Positions 1-7,539 of a stretch of 18,698 nucleotides of DNA are shown piece by piece; positions within the stretch are counted from its first letter, which is position 1; every line of letters starts with the position of its first letter. A program made the position numbers and the translations under genes. The DNA is from Elusimicrobiota bacterium. Lineage in GTDB: Bacteria; Elusimicrobiota; Elusimicrobia; Elusimicrobiales; UBA9959. Location: contig DAIENX010000058.1 in assembly GCA_027340875.1 (NCBI GenBank), positions 1-18,698 of the forward strand, read 5' to 3'. The notes beneath the pieces are model-generated. The model saw only the letters and a list, made by a program, of their open reading frames with translations, was not told the origin of the DNA and ran no database searches.

Positions 1-93
1 CTCCGCGTCCCCGGCATAGGCGAGGCAGGTGTTCTTAGCCAGGCCCCGCTCCATGCCGAGATGCCGCGAGAAATCTTCCGCCAGCGGCCGCAT
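1..93 (-). CDS. xerD: Tyrosine recombinase XerD/XerC family, N-terminal 31 aa (runs off the left edge)
   Basis: Not in the ORF track. ATG at 93-91 overlaps the recA stop (TAATG). Hand translation [31 protein letters not shown] matches the XerD N-terminal pattern F..L..ERGLs.NT..AY..D. XerD vs XerC cannot be fully resolved from 31 aa. Confidence 0.8.
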   Translation of the reverse strand, partial: MRPLAEDFSRHLGMERGLAKNTCLAYAGDAE

Positions 94-1178
94 TACTTGC
101 GGGCTACTTTTTCGCGCTTATCTGCCTTCTCCGCGGGTTTCTCTTCCTGCGCGGGCGCCGCTGCGGCCGCGGGCTTCGGCGCCGGCTTGGGCATGAACCG
201 GGCGCGCAGCTCGGTCTCTATCTCCTTCGCCACGTCCTGGTGCAGCCTGAGGTAGTCCTTGGCGTTGTCGCGGCCCTGGCCTATGCGGTCGCTCTTGTAG
301 ATGTACCAGGTGCCGGACTTTTCCAGCAGGCCGCACTCCACGCCCATGTCGAGCAGGCAGCCCTCGGTGGAGATACCCTCGCCGTTGACCATCTCGAACT
401 CGGCCTGGCGGTAGGGCGGCGCGACCTTGTTCTTGACCACCTTCACGCGGATGCGCGCGCCGGTAACGACTTCGGCCTTCTTGATGGTCTCTATCTTCCT
501 GATGTCCATGCGCACGGAGGAGTAGAACTTGAGCGCGAGGCCGCCGGGCGTGGTCTCGGGGTTGCCGAACATCACGCCTATCTTGTGGCGGATCTGGTTG
601 ATGAACATCACGGACGTCTTGGTGGACGCCACGATGGAGGTGAGCTTGCGCAGCGCCTGGCTCATAAGTCTCGCCTGCAGGCCCACGTGCAGGTCGCCCA
701 TCTCGCCCTCTATCTCGGCCTTGGGCACGAGAGCGGCCACCGAGTCTATCACGATGATGTCCAGCGCGCCCGAACGCACCAGCTTCTCGGCTATCTCGAG
801 GGCCTGCTCGCCGGAGTCGGGCTGGGAGATCAGCAGGTTGTCCACGTCAACGCCCAGCTTCTGCGCGTAGATAGGGTCCAGCGCGTGCTCGGCGTCTATG
901 AACGCGGCCATGCCGCCGTTCTTCTGCGCCTGCGCTATCACGTGCAGGGTCAAAGTGGTCTTGCCGGAAGCCTCCGGGCCGTATACCTCTATCACGCGGC
1001 CGCGGGGCAGGCCGCCCACTCCGAGCGCCAGGTCCAGGCTCAGCGCGCCGGTGGGTATGACCTCCACCTTCATCTTGGCGCTGCGCTCGCCCAGCTTCAT
1101 GATGGCCTCTTTGCCGTAGCTCTTCTCTATCTGCGACAGCGCCGCTTCCAGCGCCCTGCTCTTCTCGTCGTTAACCAT
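93..1178 (-). CDS. recA: Recombinase RecA (361 aa)
   Basis: Walker [60 protein letters not shown] at 1192-1187. Confidence 0.99.
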   Translation of the reverse strand: MVNDEKSRALEAALSQIEKSYGKEAIMKLGERSAKMKVEVIPTGALSLDLALGVGGLPRGRVIEVYGPEASGKTTLTLHVIAQAQKNGGMAAFIDAEHALDPIYAQKLGVDVDNLLISQPDSGEQALEIAEKLVRSGALDIIVIDSVAALVPKAEIEGEMGDLHVGLQARLMSQALRKLTSIVASTKTSVMFINQIRHKIGVMFGNPETTPGGLALKFYSSVRMDIRKIETIKKAEVVTGARIRVKVVKNKVAPPYRQAEFEMVNGEGISTEGCLLDMGVECGLLEKSGTWYIYKSDRIGQGRDNAKDYLRLHQDVAKEIETELRARFMPKPAPKPAAAAAPAQEEKPAEKADKREKVARK

Positions 1179-1300
1179 GATATAGAACCTCCGTGTAATT
1201 TAAATCCTATGCAAATAGTTTACACTCTCATCCCGTCAAGGGCGTGTCGGGATAAAAATCGTGAAAAAATATTTTTTCTGACAGACGCTCACCATGTATT

Positions 1301-1328
1301 ATGTTAACATTTTCCCTGAAAAAGTAAA
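1301..1328 (-). promoter_or_regulatory. Candidate recA promoter
   Basis: Minus strand TTTACT (1328-1323), N16, TAACAT (1306-1301), preceded by TGn (extended -10). Lies just downstream of the 1355-1388 hairpin. Weak match. Confidence 0.3.
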
Positions 1329-1354
1329 GTCCACTTTTGGAGATGTTTCCCAAG

Positions 1355-1388
1355 AGATAAAGCCCTTCGCATGCAAAGGGCTTTATCT
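1355..1388 (-). terminator. Intrinsic terminator after the microprotein gene
   Basis: Perfect 13-bp inverted repeat AGATAAAGCCCTT-N8-AAGGGCTTTATCT, 23 nt past the TAG at 1412, with a T-rich 3' arm and tail on the minus strand. Confidence 0.7.
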
Positions 1389-1411
1389 GGCGCGCGCACT
1401 ATACTGGCAAC

Positions 1412-1534
1412 CTAGTTCCGCTTTTTTATGCGTTCAACAACAGTGGTACTAGGGCGGGACCGAGCAACTTTTACAGGAATAAATAAGCCTGTATTCGCAT
1501 CTCGGCCAATCAAAAATGATTTGCCTTTAGCCAT
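1412..1534 (-). CDS. Unannotated 40-aa basic microprotein MAKGKSFLIGRDANTGLFIPVKVARSRPSTTVVERIKKRN
   Basis: Below the ORF-track cutoff. ATG at 1534, TAG at 1414-1412. SD AAGGAGGT (1547-1540) 5 nt upstream, near-consensus promoter upstream and terminator downstream. 10 K/R vs 2 D/E. Confidence 0.85.
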   Translation of the reverse strand: MAKGKSFLIGRDANTGLFIPVKVARSRPSTTVVERIKKRN

Positions 1535-1592
1535 GGCACACCTCCTTCTTGTTAAAGATCCATGAGCCCATGCTCACAGCTACTACCCTTGT

Positions 1593-1621
1593 AGTATAAA
1601 GGATTTTCCCGTGTTTGTCAA
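1593..1621 (-). promoter_or_regulatory. Sigma70-type promoter for the microprotein gene
   Basis: Minus strand TTGACA (1621-1616), N17, TATACT (1598-1593). Confidence 0.8.
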
Positions 1622-1635
1622 GTATTAAGGAGATA

Positions 1636-1664
1636 TTGACTTTAGCACTTTAATATATTATCCT
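1636..1664 (+). promoter_or_regulatory. Sigma70-type promoter giving a leaderless transcript of the LexA-like gene
   Basis: TTGACT (1636-1641), N17, TATCCT (1659-1664). The expected start 7 nt later is the A of the ATG at 1671. No SD near the ATG. Confidence 0.7.
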
Positions 1665-1670
1665 TTATAT

Positions 1671-2327
1671 ATGCACCCTATACAAGAGAAGCTCCTCAAC
1701 CTTTCCAAGGGAACGAACCTCGCCCAGATCAGCCTGCGCGAGATGGCCGCGGCCATCGGCCTGCCGGCCGAGTCCCCCCAGAAGATAAAGCACCATCTGC
1801 AGCAGCTGGAGAAGAAGGGCTTCCTATCCATAGACCGCGCCAAGGGCCTGATGGAGAAGGCTTCCCTGCTGCCCGGCCTCGCCAGCGGCCTGCTCAAGGA
1901 GGCCTCCTCGCTGTTCTCCATACCCATAGTCGGCACCGCCAACTGCGGACCCGCCACTATCTACGCCGAGCAGAACTTCGAGGGCTTCCTGCGCGTCTCG
2001 GGACGGCTGCTGGGGCGCTCGACCCCGGCCGGCCTGTACGCCATAAAGACCAACGGCTCTTCGATGAACCGCGCCGAGATAGGCGGCAGGAAGATAGAGG
2101 ACGGCGACTACGTGGTGATAGACAGCGGCAGGCGGGAGCCGGCCAACAACGACATAGTGCTGGCCATCATAGACAACAAGGCCACCATAAAGCGCTTCAT
2201 TGACGACAGGGCGAACGGCCAGGTGATACTGAAGGCGGACTCCTCCTACGACTACGAGCCCATCTATCTGCACCCGGACGACGACTTCCTGATAAACGGC
2301 AAGGCCATAGCAGTCATCAAGCACTGA
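1671..2327 (+). CDS. LexA/CI-like transcriptional repressor (N-terminal HTH plus S24 self-cleaving peptidase), 218 aa
   Basis: SLREMAAAIG...KIKHHLQQLEKKGFL winged-HTH-like N-terminus. IPIVGTANCGP cleavage loop (C92-G93), catalytic Ser in NGSSM (S131), IEDGDYVVID, catalytic Lys in ATIKRF (K174). Recognition helix is non-canonical, so lexA is not assigned. Confidence 0.9.
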   Translation: MHPIQEKLLNLSKGTNLAQISLREMAAAIGLPAESPQKIKHHLQQLEKKGFLSIDRAKGLMEKASLLPGLASGLLKEASSLFSIPIVGTANCGPATIYAEQNFEGFLRVSGRLLGRSTPAGLYAIKTNGSSMNRAEIGGRKIEDGDYVVIDSGRREPANNDIVLAIIDNKATIKRFIDDRANGQVILKADSSYDYEPIYLHPDDDFLINGKAIAVIKH

Positions 2328-2344
2328 AACTCCGTATAACGCCT

Positions 2345-2364
2345 CCGCGGCAGGGCCGCGGTTT
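2345..2364 (+). terminator. Possible weak terminator after the LexA-like gene
   Basis: CCGCGGC-AGG-GCCGCGG hairpin followed by only TTT. Confidence 0.4.
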
Positions 2365-2392
2365 GACCTGAGCGGGCAAATTTGAGTAGTAT
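2363..2392 (+). promoter_or_regulatory. Promoter for the SWIB gene
   Basis: TTGACC (2363-2368), N18, TAGTAT (2387-2392). SD AAGGAG precedes the ATG at 2428. Confidence 0.55.
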
Positions 2393-2427
2393 TAGGGCAG
2401 AACAGGATTTATCCAAGGAGAACACAT

Positions 2428-2676
2428 ATGGCGAACCCTAAATTCATGAAAGAGATGCAGCCGGACGCGGACCTGGGTGCCGTTATCGGCAACGAGCCCG
2501 TCGCCCGCCCCACCGCGGTCAAGAAGATCTGGGACTATATCAAGAAGAACGGCCTGCAGGACAAGGTCAACAAGCGCAACATCAACGCCGACGAGAAGCT
2601 GCTGAAGGTCTTCGGCGGCAAGAAGCAGGTCACGATGTTCGAGCTGGCCGGCATACTCGGCAAGCACCTGAAGTAA
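2428..2676 (+). CDS. Stand-alone SWIB/MDM2 domain protein (82 aa)
   Basis: PDADLGAVIG..PVARPTAVKKIWDYIKKNGLQD..NKRNINADEKLLKVFGGKKQVTMFEL is the typical bacterial SWIB signature. Strong SD. Confidence 0.93.
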   Translation: MANPKFMKEMQPDADLGAVIGNEPVARPTAVKKIWDYIKKNGLQDKVNKRNINADEKLLKVFGGKKQVTMFELAGILGKHLK

Positions 2677-2693
2677 ACGGTCAAGCCACGGGA

Positions 2694-2724
2694 AAAGACC
2701 GCCCCCCGCCCGGGGGCGGTCTTT
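2694..2724 (+). terminator. Intrinsic terminator after the SWIB gene
   Basis: 13-bp stem AAAGACCGCCCCC-N5-GGGGGCGGTCTTT. Confidence 0.7.
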
Positions 2725-2763
2725 CCATTGCCGTACCCGGCCCCGGGACCGGTAAAGCCGCCC

Positions 2764-3819
2764 ATGGAGCAGAAGAAAGCCCCGGGGACCAGCCTGTTCT
2801 CCAGGCTCCTGGTCCCGACCATCCCCTCGGCGAACAAGCCGCCGCAGAAGCTGCGCTTCGCGCTGCAGCTGGCCTTCCTGCTGCTGATAGCCCTGATAGG
2901 GCTGCAGTTCCATAATTTCGTCTCGGCCATACTGGAGGGGACCGCCCTGCCGCGGCGCCCCCCCGGGGTGGAGGGCTTCCTGCCCATCAGCGCGCTGATG
3001 AGCCTGAAGCTTTTTCTCTCCACGGGCGAGATACACTGGGCCCACCCCGCGGCGCTGTTCATACTGCTGGCGATAATAGCCATGTCCTTCGCGGTGGGCA
3101 AGTCTTTCTGCGGCTGGCTCTGCCCGTTCGGCTTCCTCTCCGAGCTGCTGCACAAGGCCCGGAAGCACCGCGCCCCCGCGGCCAAGCCGCCCGCGGACTG
3201 GCTGGACTACAGCCTCGGCGCGGTCAAGTACATCATCCTCGCCTTCTTCGCCTTCGTCATCTTCATATCGATGAACGCGGACAAGGTACGGGCCTTTCTG
3301 GGCGACGACTACAACAAGATAGCCGACATCAAGATGTACTTCTTCTTCGCCCATATCAGCTTCTTCGCGGCCATGGTGATAACCGCGCTCTTCGTGCTCA
3401 GCTACTACCTGCCCTATTTCTGGTGCCGCTACCTCTGCCCCTACGGGGCACTGCTGGGCCTGGTCTCGCTGGCCAGCCCTTCGCGCATCAGGCGCTACGA
3501 CCCGCCCTGCATCTCCTGCGGCAAATGCGCCGCGGTCTGCCCGCAGCGCATAGCCGTGGACAGGAAAACGGCCGTATATTCGGACGAATGCACCTCCTGC
3601 GGCCTCTGTCTGGACGTCTGCCCCGCGCCCGGCTCGCTGGAGCTGCGGATCTGGAAGACCAAGCTGCGTATAAAGACCATATTGCTGCCGCTTATAGTGA
3701 CCGCGATCTTCTGCCTGGTGACCGGCTGGGCCATGCTGGCCGGCCACTGGAAGAGCGGCGTCACAGAGGACGACTACCGCAAGCTGGGCGTTTTCTACGA
3801 CAGCCTGGAGCACCCTTAA
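2764..3819 (+). CDS. Membrane 4Fe-4S binding protein (YccM/NapH-like polyferredoxin)
   Basis: FCGWLCPFG and WCRYLCPYG motifs, two ferredoxin motifs (CISCGKCAAVCP, CTSCGLCLDVCP) and several hydrophobic helices. ATG 2764 preferred over TTG 2728; start uncertain. Confidence 0.88.
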   Translation: MEQKKAPGTSLFSRLLVPTIPSANKPPQKLRFALQLAFLLLIALIGLQFHNFVSAILEGTALPRRPPGVEGFLPISALMSLKLFLSTGEIHWAHPAALFILLAIIAMSFAVGKSFCGWLCPFGFLSELLHKARKHRAPAAKPPADWLDYSLGAVKYIILAFFAFVIFISMNADKVRAFLGDDYNKIADIKMYFFFAHISFFAAMVITALFVLSYYLPYFWCRYLCPYGALLGLVSLASPSRIRRYDPPCISCGKCAAVCPQRIAVDRKTAVYSDECTSCGLCLDVCPAPGSLELRIWKTKLRIKTILLPLIVTAIFCLVTGWAMLAGHWKSGVTEDDYRKLGVFYDSLEHP

Positions 3820-3921
3820 GTCCTATGCGGAACGGGGGCCTTTCGCTTCTAGGCAGACCCCGCCCACATTGTTAGAATATTTTCTAATATCTCCGCGGTC
3901 TCACGGCCGCAAGGACCACCA

Positions 3922-4920
3922 ATGAAGAATAAACTGCTGATATCACTTTCCGCTTCCCTGGCGCTTTCGCCCTGCGCGATGGCACTGGACGCCGGAGTAT
4001 CCTTCGACGGCGGCGGCTCGCTGGCCGCTTTTTCCAGGCAGTCCGGCATACCGGTGCCGCTTCCCGGCCTCCGCGAGGCCGCGGAGCTGCCCGCCGTCTG
4101 CGCCCACGGCGCCGCCGGGTCCCTGGACGGCGCCGCCTTCGCGGCGGCCGTGGCCGCCAGCGACGTGGTCTACGTGGGCGAATCCCACGACCAGGCCAAC
4201 GACCACCTGGCCCAGCTGGAAGCGCTGAAAGCCCTTTACGCGGTCCGCGGCGCCAAGGTCGCAGTAGGCTTCGAGATGCTCAACGTCACGCTGCAGCCCG
4301 TGCTGGACGAATACGCCTCCGGCGCCATCACCGAGGCCGAGTTCCTGAAAAAGGCCGACTGGCAGAAGGAATGGGGCTTCGACTTCAACCTCTACAAGCC
4401 CATCTTCGACTTCATCCGCGGGAACAAGCTCTCCGCCGTCGCCCTTAACCTGCCGAAGAAGGTGGTCTCCCACATAGCCATGAAGGGCCTGGACGCCCTG
4501 CCGCCGGAAGAGGCCGCCTACCTGCCTGCGGACATGCAGGTCACGACCAACGCCAGGTACATCGCCTACATAAAGGAATCCTTCGACGGCCACATGTCCG
4601 ACATGTTCAAGTTCGAGAACTACCTGGCCGCGATGTCCGCCTGGAACGAGGCCATGGGCGCCAACATGGCCGCCTTCCTCAACGCCAACAAGGGCTACGC
4701 GGGCCTGGTAGTGGCCGGCAGCGGCCACGTCATCTACAACGCGGCCATCCCGGCCTCGCTCAAGGCCAGGGCCCCGTGGGCGAAAGACCTCTCCTTCTTC
4801 ATGAAGGGCGCGGACTCCTGCCCCGCCGCGGTACAGGAAGGCGACGCGGACCTGGCGGACTTCGTCTGGTACGTGCCGCACACCGCCGAAGAGGAGAAGG
4901 GCCTGCGCCTGCCGCTCTGA
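3922..4920 (+). CDS. Exported ChaN-family (haem-uptake associated) protein
   Basis: Signal peptide; DVVYVGESHD..DHLAQLEAL, VGFEML, WGFDFNLYKPIFDF, VALNLP, VVAGSGHV match the ChaN family pattern. Confidence 0.8.
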   Translation: MKNKLLISLSASLALSPCAMALDAGVSFDGGGSLAAFSRQSGIPVPLPGLREAAELPAVCAHGAAGSLDGAAFAAAVAASDVVYVGESHDQANDHLAQLEALKALYAVRGAKVAVGFEMLNVTLQPVLDEYASGAITEAEFLKKADWQKEWGFDFNLYKPIFDFIRGNKLSAVALNLPKKVVSHIAMKGLDALPPEEAAYLPADMQVTTNARYIAYIKESFDGHMSDMFKFENYLAAMSAWNEAMGANMAAFLNANKGYAGLVVAGSGHVIYNAAIPASLKARAPWAKDLSFFMKGADSCPAAVQEGDADLADFVWYVPHTAEEEKGLRLPL

Positions 4921-4934
4921 GCTGGAACGCCCCG

Positions 4935-4968
4935 AATAAAAAAGCCGCCGGAAGGCGGCTTTTTTATT
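4935..4968. terminator. Bidirectional intrinsic terminator between the ChaN gene and glgB
   Basis: AATAAAAAAGCCGCC-GGAA-GGCGGCTTTTTTATT: 15-bp stem with A/T tracts on both sides, between convergent genes. Confidence 0.92.
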
Positions 4969-4984
4969 TACCAGGATGGGCGCC

Positions 4985-6889
4985 CTAGCCACAGCTCTTG
5001 AAGAAGCAGACCGACAGCGGCGGCAGCGTGAGGTTCAGGGAGTAGGGCTTGCCGTGCGCCGGCGCCGATTCCGCGTCCATCCCTCCCATGTTCCCGAGGC
5101 CGGAGCCCCAATAGGCCGTGGCGTCGCTGTTGAGCATCTCCTTCCAGAAGCCGCCGCGCGGCACGCCGACCCTGTAGCCGTAGCGCGGCACCGGGGTGTA
5201 GTTGCAGACCACCAGCACCGCCTCGGCGGGGTCGCCGTTCCTGCGCAGGAAGGCGGAGACGCTCTGCTCGGCGTCGTTGGCGTCCACCCATTCGAAGCCG
5301 TCCGGACTGCAGTTCTTGTCGTGAAGGGCAGGTTCGGCCGCGTAGAGCGCGTTCAGGTCCCTGACCCAGGCCTGCACCCCTGCGTGCTGCGGGTAGACGG
5401 CCTGGTGCCAGTCCAGGCTCTTATCGTGGTCCCACTCGGCCCACTGGCCGAACTCGCCGCCCATGAACAGCAGCTTCTGGCCGGGCTGCGCGTACATGTT
5501 GCCGAAGAGCAGCCGCAGGTTGGCGAACTTCTGCCAGTCGTCGCCCGCCATCTTCTGCATCAGCGAGCCCTTGCCGTGCACCACCTCGTCGTGCGACAGC
5601 GGCAGCACGAAGTTCTCCCCCCACGCGTACAGCATGCGGAAGGTCAGGTCGTTGTGGTGGTAGCGGCGGAACACCGGGTCCTTGGAGAAATAGCGCAGCG
5701 TGTCGTGCATCCAGCCCATGTCCCACTTGAGCCCGAAGCCGAGGCCGCCCAGGTAGGTGGGCCGCGAGACCATAGGCCAGGCCGTGGACTCCTCGGCGTA
5801 GGTCTGCGCGTCCGGGAAGTTCTCGTATACCACGTGGTTGAACTGCTTCAGGAAGGCTATGGCCTCCAGGTTCTCGTTGCCGCCGTACTTGTTCGGCACC
5901 CACTCCCCGGCCTTGCGGGAATAGTCGAGATACAGCATCGAGGCGACCGCGTCCACGCGCAGGCCGTCTATGTGGTACTTGTCCAGCCAGAACATGGCCG
6001 ACGACAGCAGGAAGCTCTTCACCTCGTTTCGGCCGAAGTTGAAGATGGCGCTGCCCCAGTCCGGGTGGAAGCCCTGGCGCGGGTCGGCGTGCTCGTAGAG
6101 GCAGGTCCCGTCGAACCTGGCCAGGCCGTGCGCGTCGGAGGGGAAATGCGCCGGCACCCAGTCGAGTATCACGCCTATGCCCGCCTGGTGCAGCTTGTCC
6201 ACCAGGTACATGAAGTCCTGAGGGCCGCCGTAGCGCGCGGTGGGCGCGAAATAACCCGTGGTCTGGTAGCCCCAGGAGCCGTAGAAGGGGTGCTCGGTCA
6301 CCGGCATCAGCTCCACGTGGGAGAAGCCCATGTACTTCAGGTAGCCTGGCAGCTCCTCGGCCAGCTCGCGGTATGTCAGGAAGCGCTCGGGGTCGGCCGG
6401 GCTGCGGCGCCAGGAGCCCAGGTGCAGCTCGTAGATGGAAACGGCGCTCTTAAGGCCGTTCTTGGAGCCGCGGACCTTCATCCAGTCAGCGTCCTGCCAC
6501 TCGTACTCGAGGTCGGCCACCACGGAGGCCGTCTTGGGGGCCTCCTCGGCGGCGAAGGCCATGGGATCGGCCTTCTCCGCGGAGAAGCCGTCGAAATTGG
6601 AGACGATGAAATACTTGTAGTTCTGCCCCGGCTTCACCCCGGGGACGAAGCCCTCCCAGATGCCGGAGCTGCCGCGCTGGTGCAGCTGGTTCTGCGACTT
6701 GTTCCAGTAGTTGAAGTCGCCGGTCACGAACACCTGTTTCGCGTTGGGAGCCCAGACGGCGAAGTGCGTGCCGTCGCGCCCGTCCACGGTGGCCGGGTGG
6801 GCGCCCAGCTTGTCGTAGAGCCTCAGGTGGTTGCCTTCGTTGAAGAGGTAAAGGTCCTGATCGGTGAGCAGCTTTATATCGTTAGCCAT
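4985..6889 (-). CDS. glgB: 1,4-alpha-glucan branching enzyme (GH13), 634 aa short form
   Basis: [63 protein letters not shown]. Confidence 0.97.
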   Translation of the reverse strand: MANDIKLLTDQDLYLFNEGNHLRLYDKLGAHPATVDGRDGTHFAVWAPNAKQVFVTGDFNYWNKSQNQLHQRGSSGIWEGFVPGVKPGQNYKYFIVSNFDGFSAEKADPMAFAAEEAPKTASVVADLEYEWQDADWMKVRGSKNGLKSAVSIYELHLGSWRRSPADPERFLTYRELAEELPGYLKYMGFSHVELMPVTEHPFYGSWGYQTTGYFAPTARYGGPQDFMYLVDKLHQAGIGVILDWVPAHFPSDAHGLARFDGTCLYEHADPRQGFHPDWGSAIFNFGRNEVKSFLLSSAMFWLDKYHIDGLRVDAVASMLYLDYSRKAGEWVPNKYGGNENLEAIAFLKQFNHVVYENFPDAQTYAEESTAWPMVSRPTYLGGLGFGLKWDMGWMHDTLRYFSKDPVFRRYHHNDLTFRMLYAWGENFVLPLSHDEVVHGKGSLMQKMAGDDWQKFANLRLLFGNMYAQPGQKLLFMGGEFGQWAEWDHDKSLDWHQAVYPQHAGVQAWVRDLNALYAAEPALHDKNCSPDGFEWVDANDAEQSVSAFLRRNGDPAEAVLVVCNYTPVPRYGYRVGVPRGGFWKEMLNSDATAYWGSGLGNMGGMDAESAPAHGKPYSLNLTLPPLSVCFFKSCG

Positions 6890-6933
6890 GGTGCCGTCCT
6901 CTATGCTGAATAATACAATATTGCCAGCCTTGA

Positions 6934-7443
6934 CTACTTTTCTGCGGCAGGCGCTTCCGTTTTCAGGCCGAATGAATCCGGGATGTCCTTCGCCAGCAGC
7001 TGCGGATACCTATCCTCCATGCCGTTGGAAAGCAGCTTCTCCGTGAGATTATCATAAAGCAGCAGCGGCTCCTCGCCGCCGGCGAAGCGGATGGCCGGTT
7101 CCTTCTGCACCCAGGACCCGAGAACCAGCAGGTAACGGGAATCGGGGGACCAGAGCACGCGCGCGTCCCCCTCCTTCCGGAGATGGTTGGCGTCGCCCGA
7201 CTTGTATACCTTCCAGGCCGGCGCCAGCGCCCAGTTCCTGCCTACGGAGAGCATCACGTTCTTGTCCGGAAAGCCGTAGAAGTTCTCCAGCACGGCCACC
7301 CACCTGCCGTCGGGAGAGACGAACTTCCTCGCCGGCACCCGGTCCCCGCCCCCGAGCAGTAGCGGCAGCAGCAGGCCGGCCGCCATGCCCAGCAGGACCA
7401 GCGCCGCAGCGCCGCCGAGAAGATATTTCAGGATACGCTTCAT
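6934..7443 (-). CDS. Hypothetical membrane-anchored or exported protein (169 aa)
   Basis: Basic N-terminus plus hydrophobic helix; two PD40/TolB-like turns ([20 protein letters not shown]). Confidence 0.7.
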   Translation of the reverse strand: MKRILKYLLGGAAALVLLGMAAGLLLPLLLGGGDRVPARKFVSPDGRWVAVLENFYGFPDKNVMLSVGRNWALAPAWKVYKSGDANHLRKEGDARVLWSPDSRYLLVLGSWVQKEPAIRFAGGEEPLLLYDNLTEKLLSNGMEDRYPQLLAKDIPDSFGLKTEAPAAEK

Positions 7444-7503
7444 GCTATTTTACCCGGGCGGACATATCCGTAATGATAACAAAAAGCCGCGGCCGTGAAC
7501 CCT

Positions 7504-7533
7504 TTCACATTGGGCCGCAATAGTTGCTACTAT
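7504..7533 (+). promoter_or_regulatory. Promoter for a probably leaderless rsmH transcript
   Basis: TTCACA (7504-7509), N18, TGc-TACTAT (7528-7533). Seven nt downstream is the A of ATG 7540. No SD. Confidence 0.55.
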
Positions 7534-7539
7534 AGTCGC

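Noticed and set aside
1211..1239. TTGACG as the recA -35 box
   Set aside because: No acceptable -10 at 16-18 nt spacing; TAAACT is only 11 nt away.
1236..1295. 19-codon minus-strand ORF upstream of recA
   Set aside because: No SD and no recognisable sequence; probably chance in an AT-rich spacer.
240..1307. 355-aa plus-strand ORF, and similar long antisense ORFs (1824-2324, 2392-3813, 3943-4992, 4976-6913, 7450-8427, 13069-13980, 14496-16559)
   Set aside because: Shadow ORFs opposite well-supported genes, expected from high GC3; no motifs or translation signals.
1355..1592. Type I toxin-antitoxin or ncRNA reading of the small ORF region
   Set aside because: The peptide is basic and lacks a transmembrane helix; no clear antisense promoter or known RNA fold. 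The UTR hairpin TGAGC-N4-GCTCA is only 5 bp.
1..2327. Prophage or ICE interpretation of recombinase plus CI-like repressor
   Set aside because: The recombinase is Xer-like and coupled to recA; no att repeats, structural, replication or conjugation genes; flanks are housekeeping.
2764..4920. 4Fe-4S protein plus ChaN as a dedicated haem or iron operon
   Set aside because: A 102-nt gap contains its own TAGAAT; no TonB receptor or Fur box seen; adjacency alone is insufficient.
6891..6906. 15/16-nt match between the glgB upstream region and the repeat at 15445 and 18277
   Set aside because: Short and GC-rich; the other copies are explained by coding for GIVDGT. Probably coincidence.
7444..7452. 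TAAAAT just before the 6934-7443 gene as a third leaderless promoter
   Set aside because: Only 3 nt from the ATG, too close, and no -35 box.
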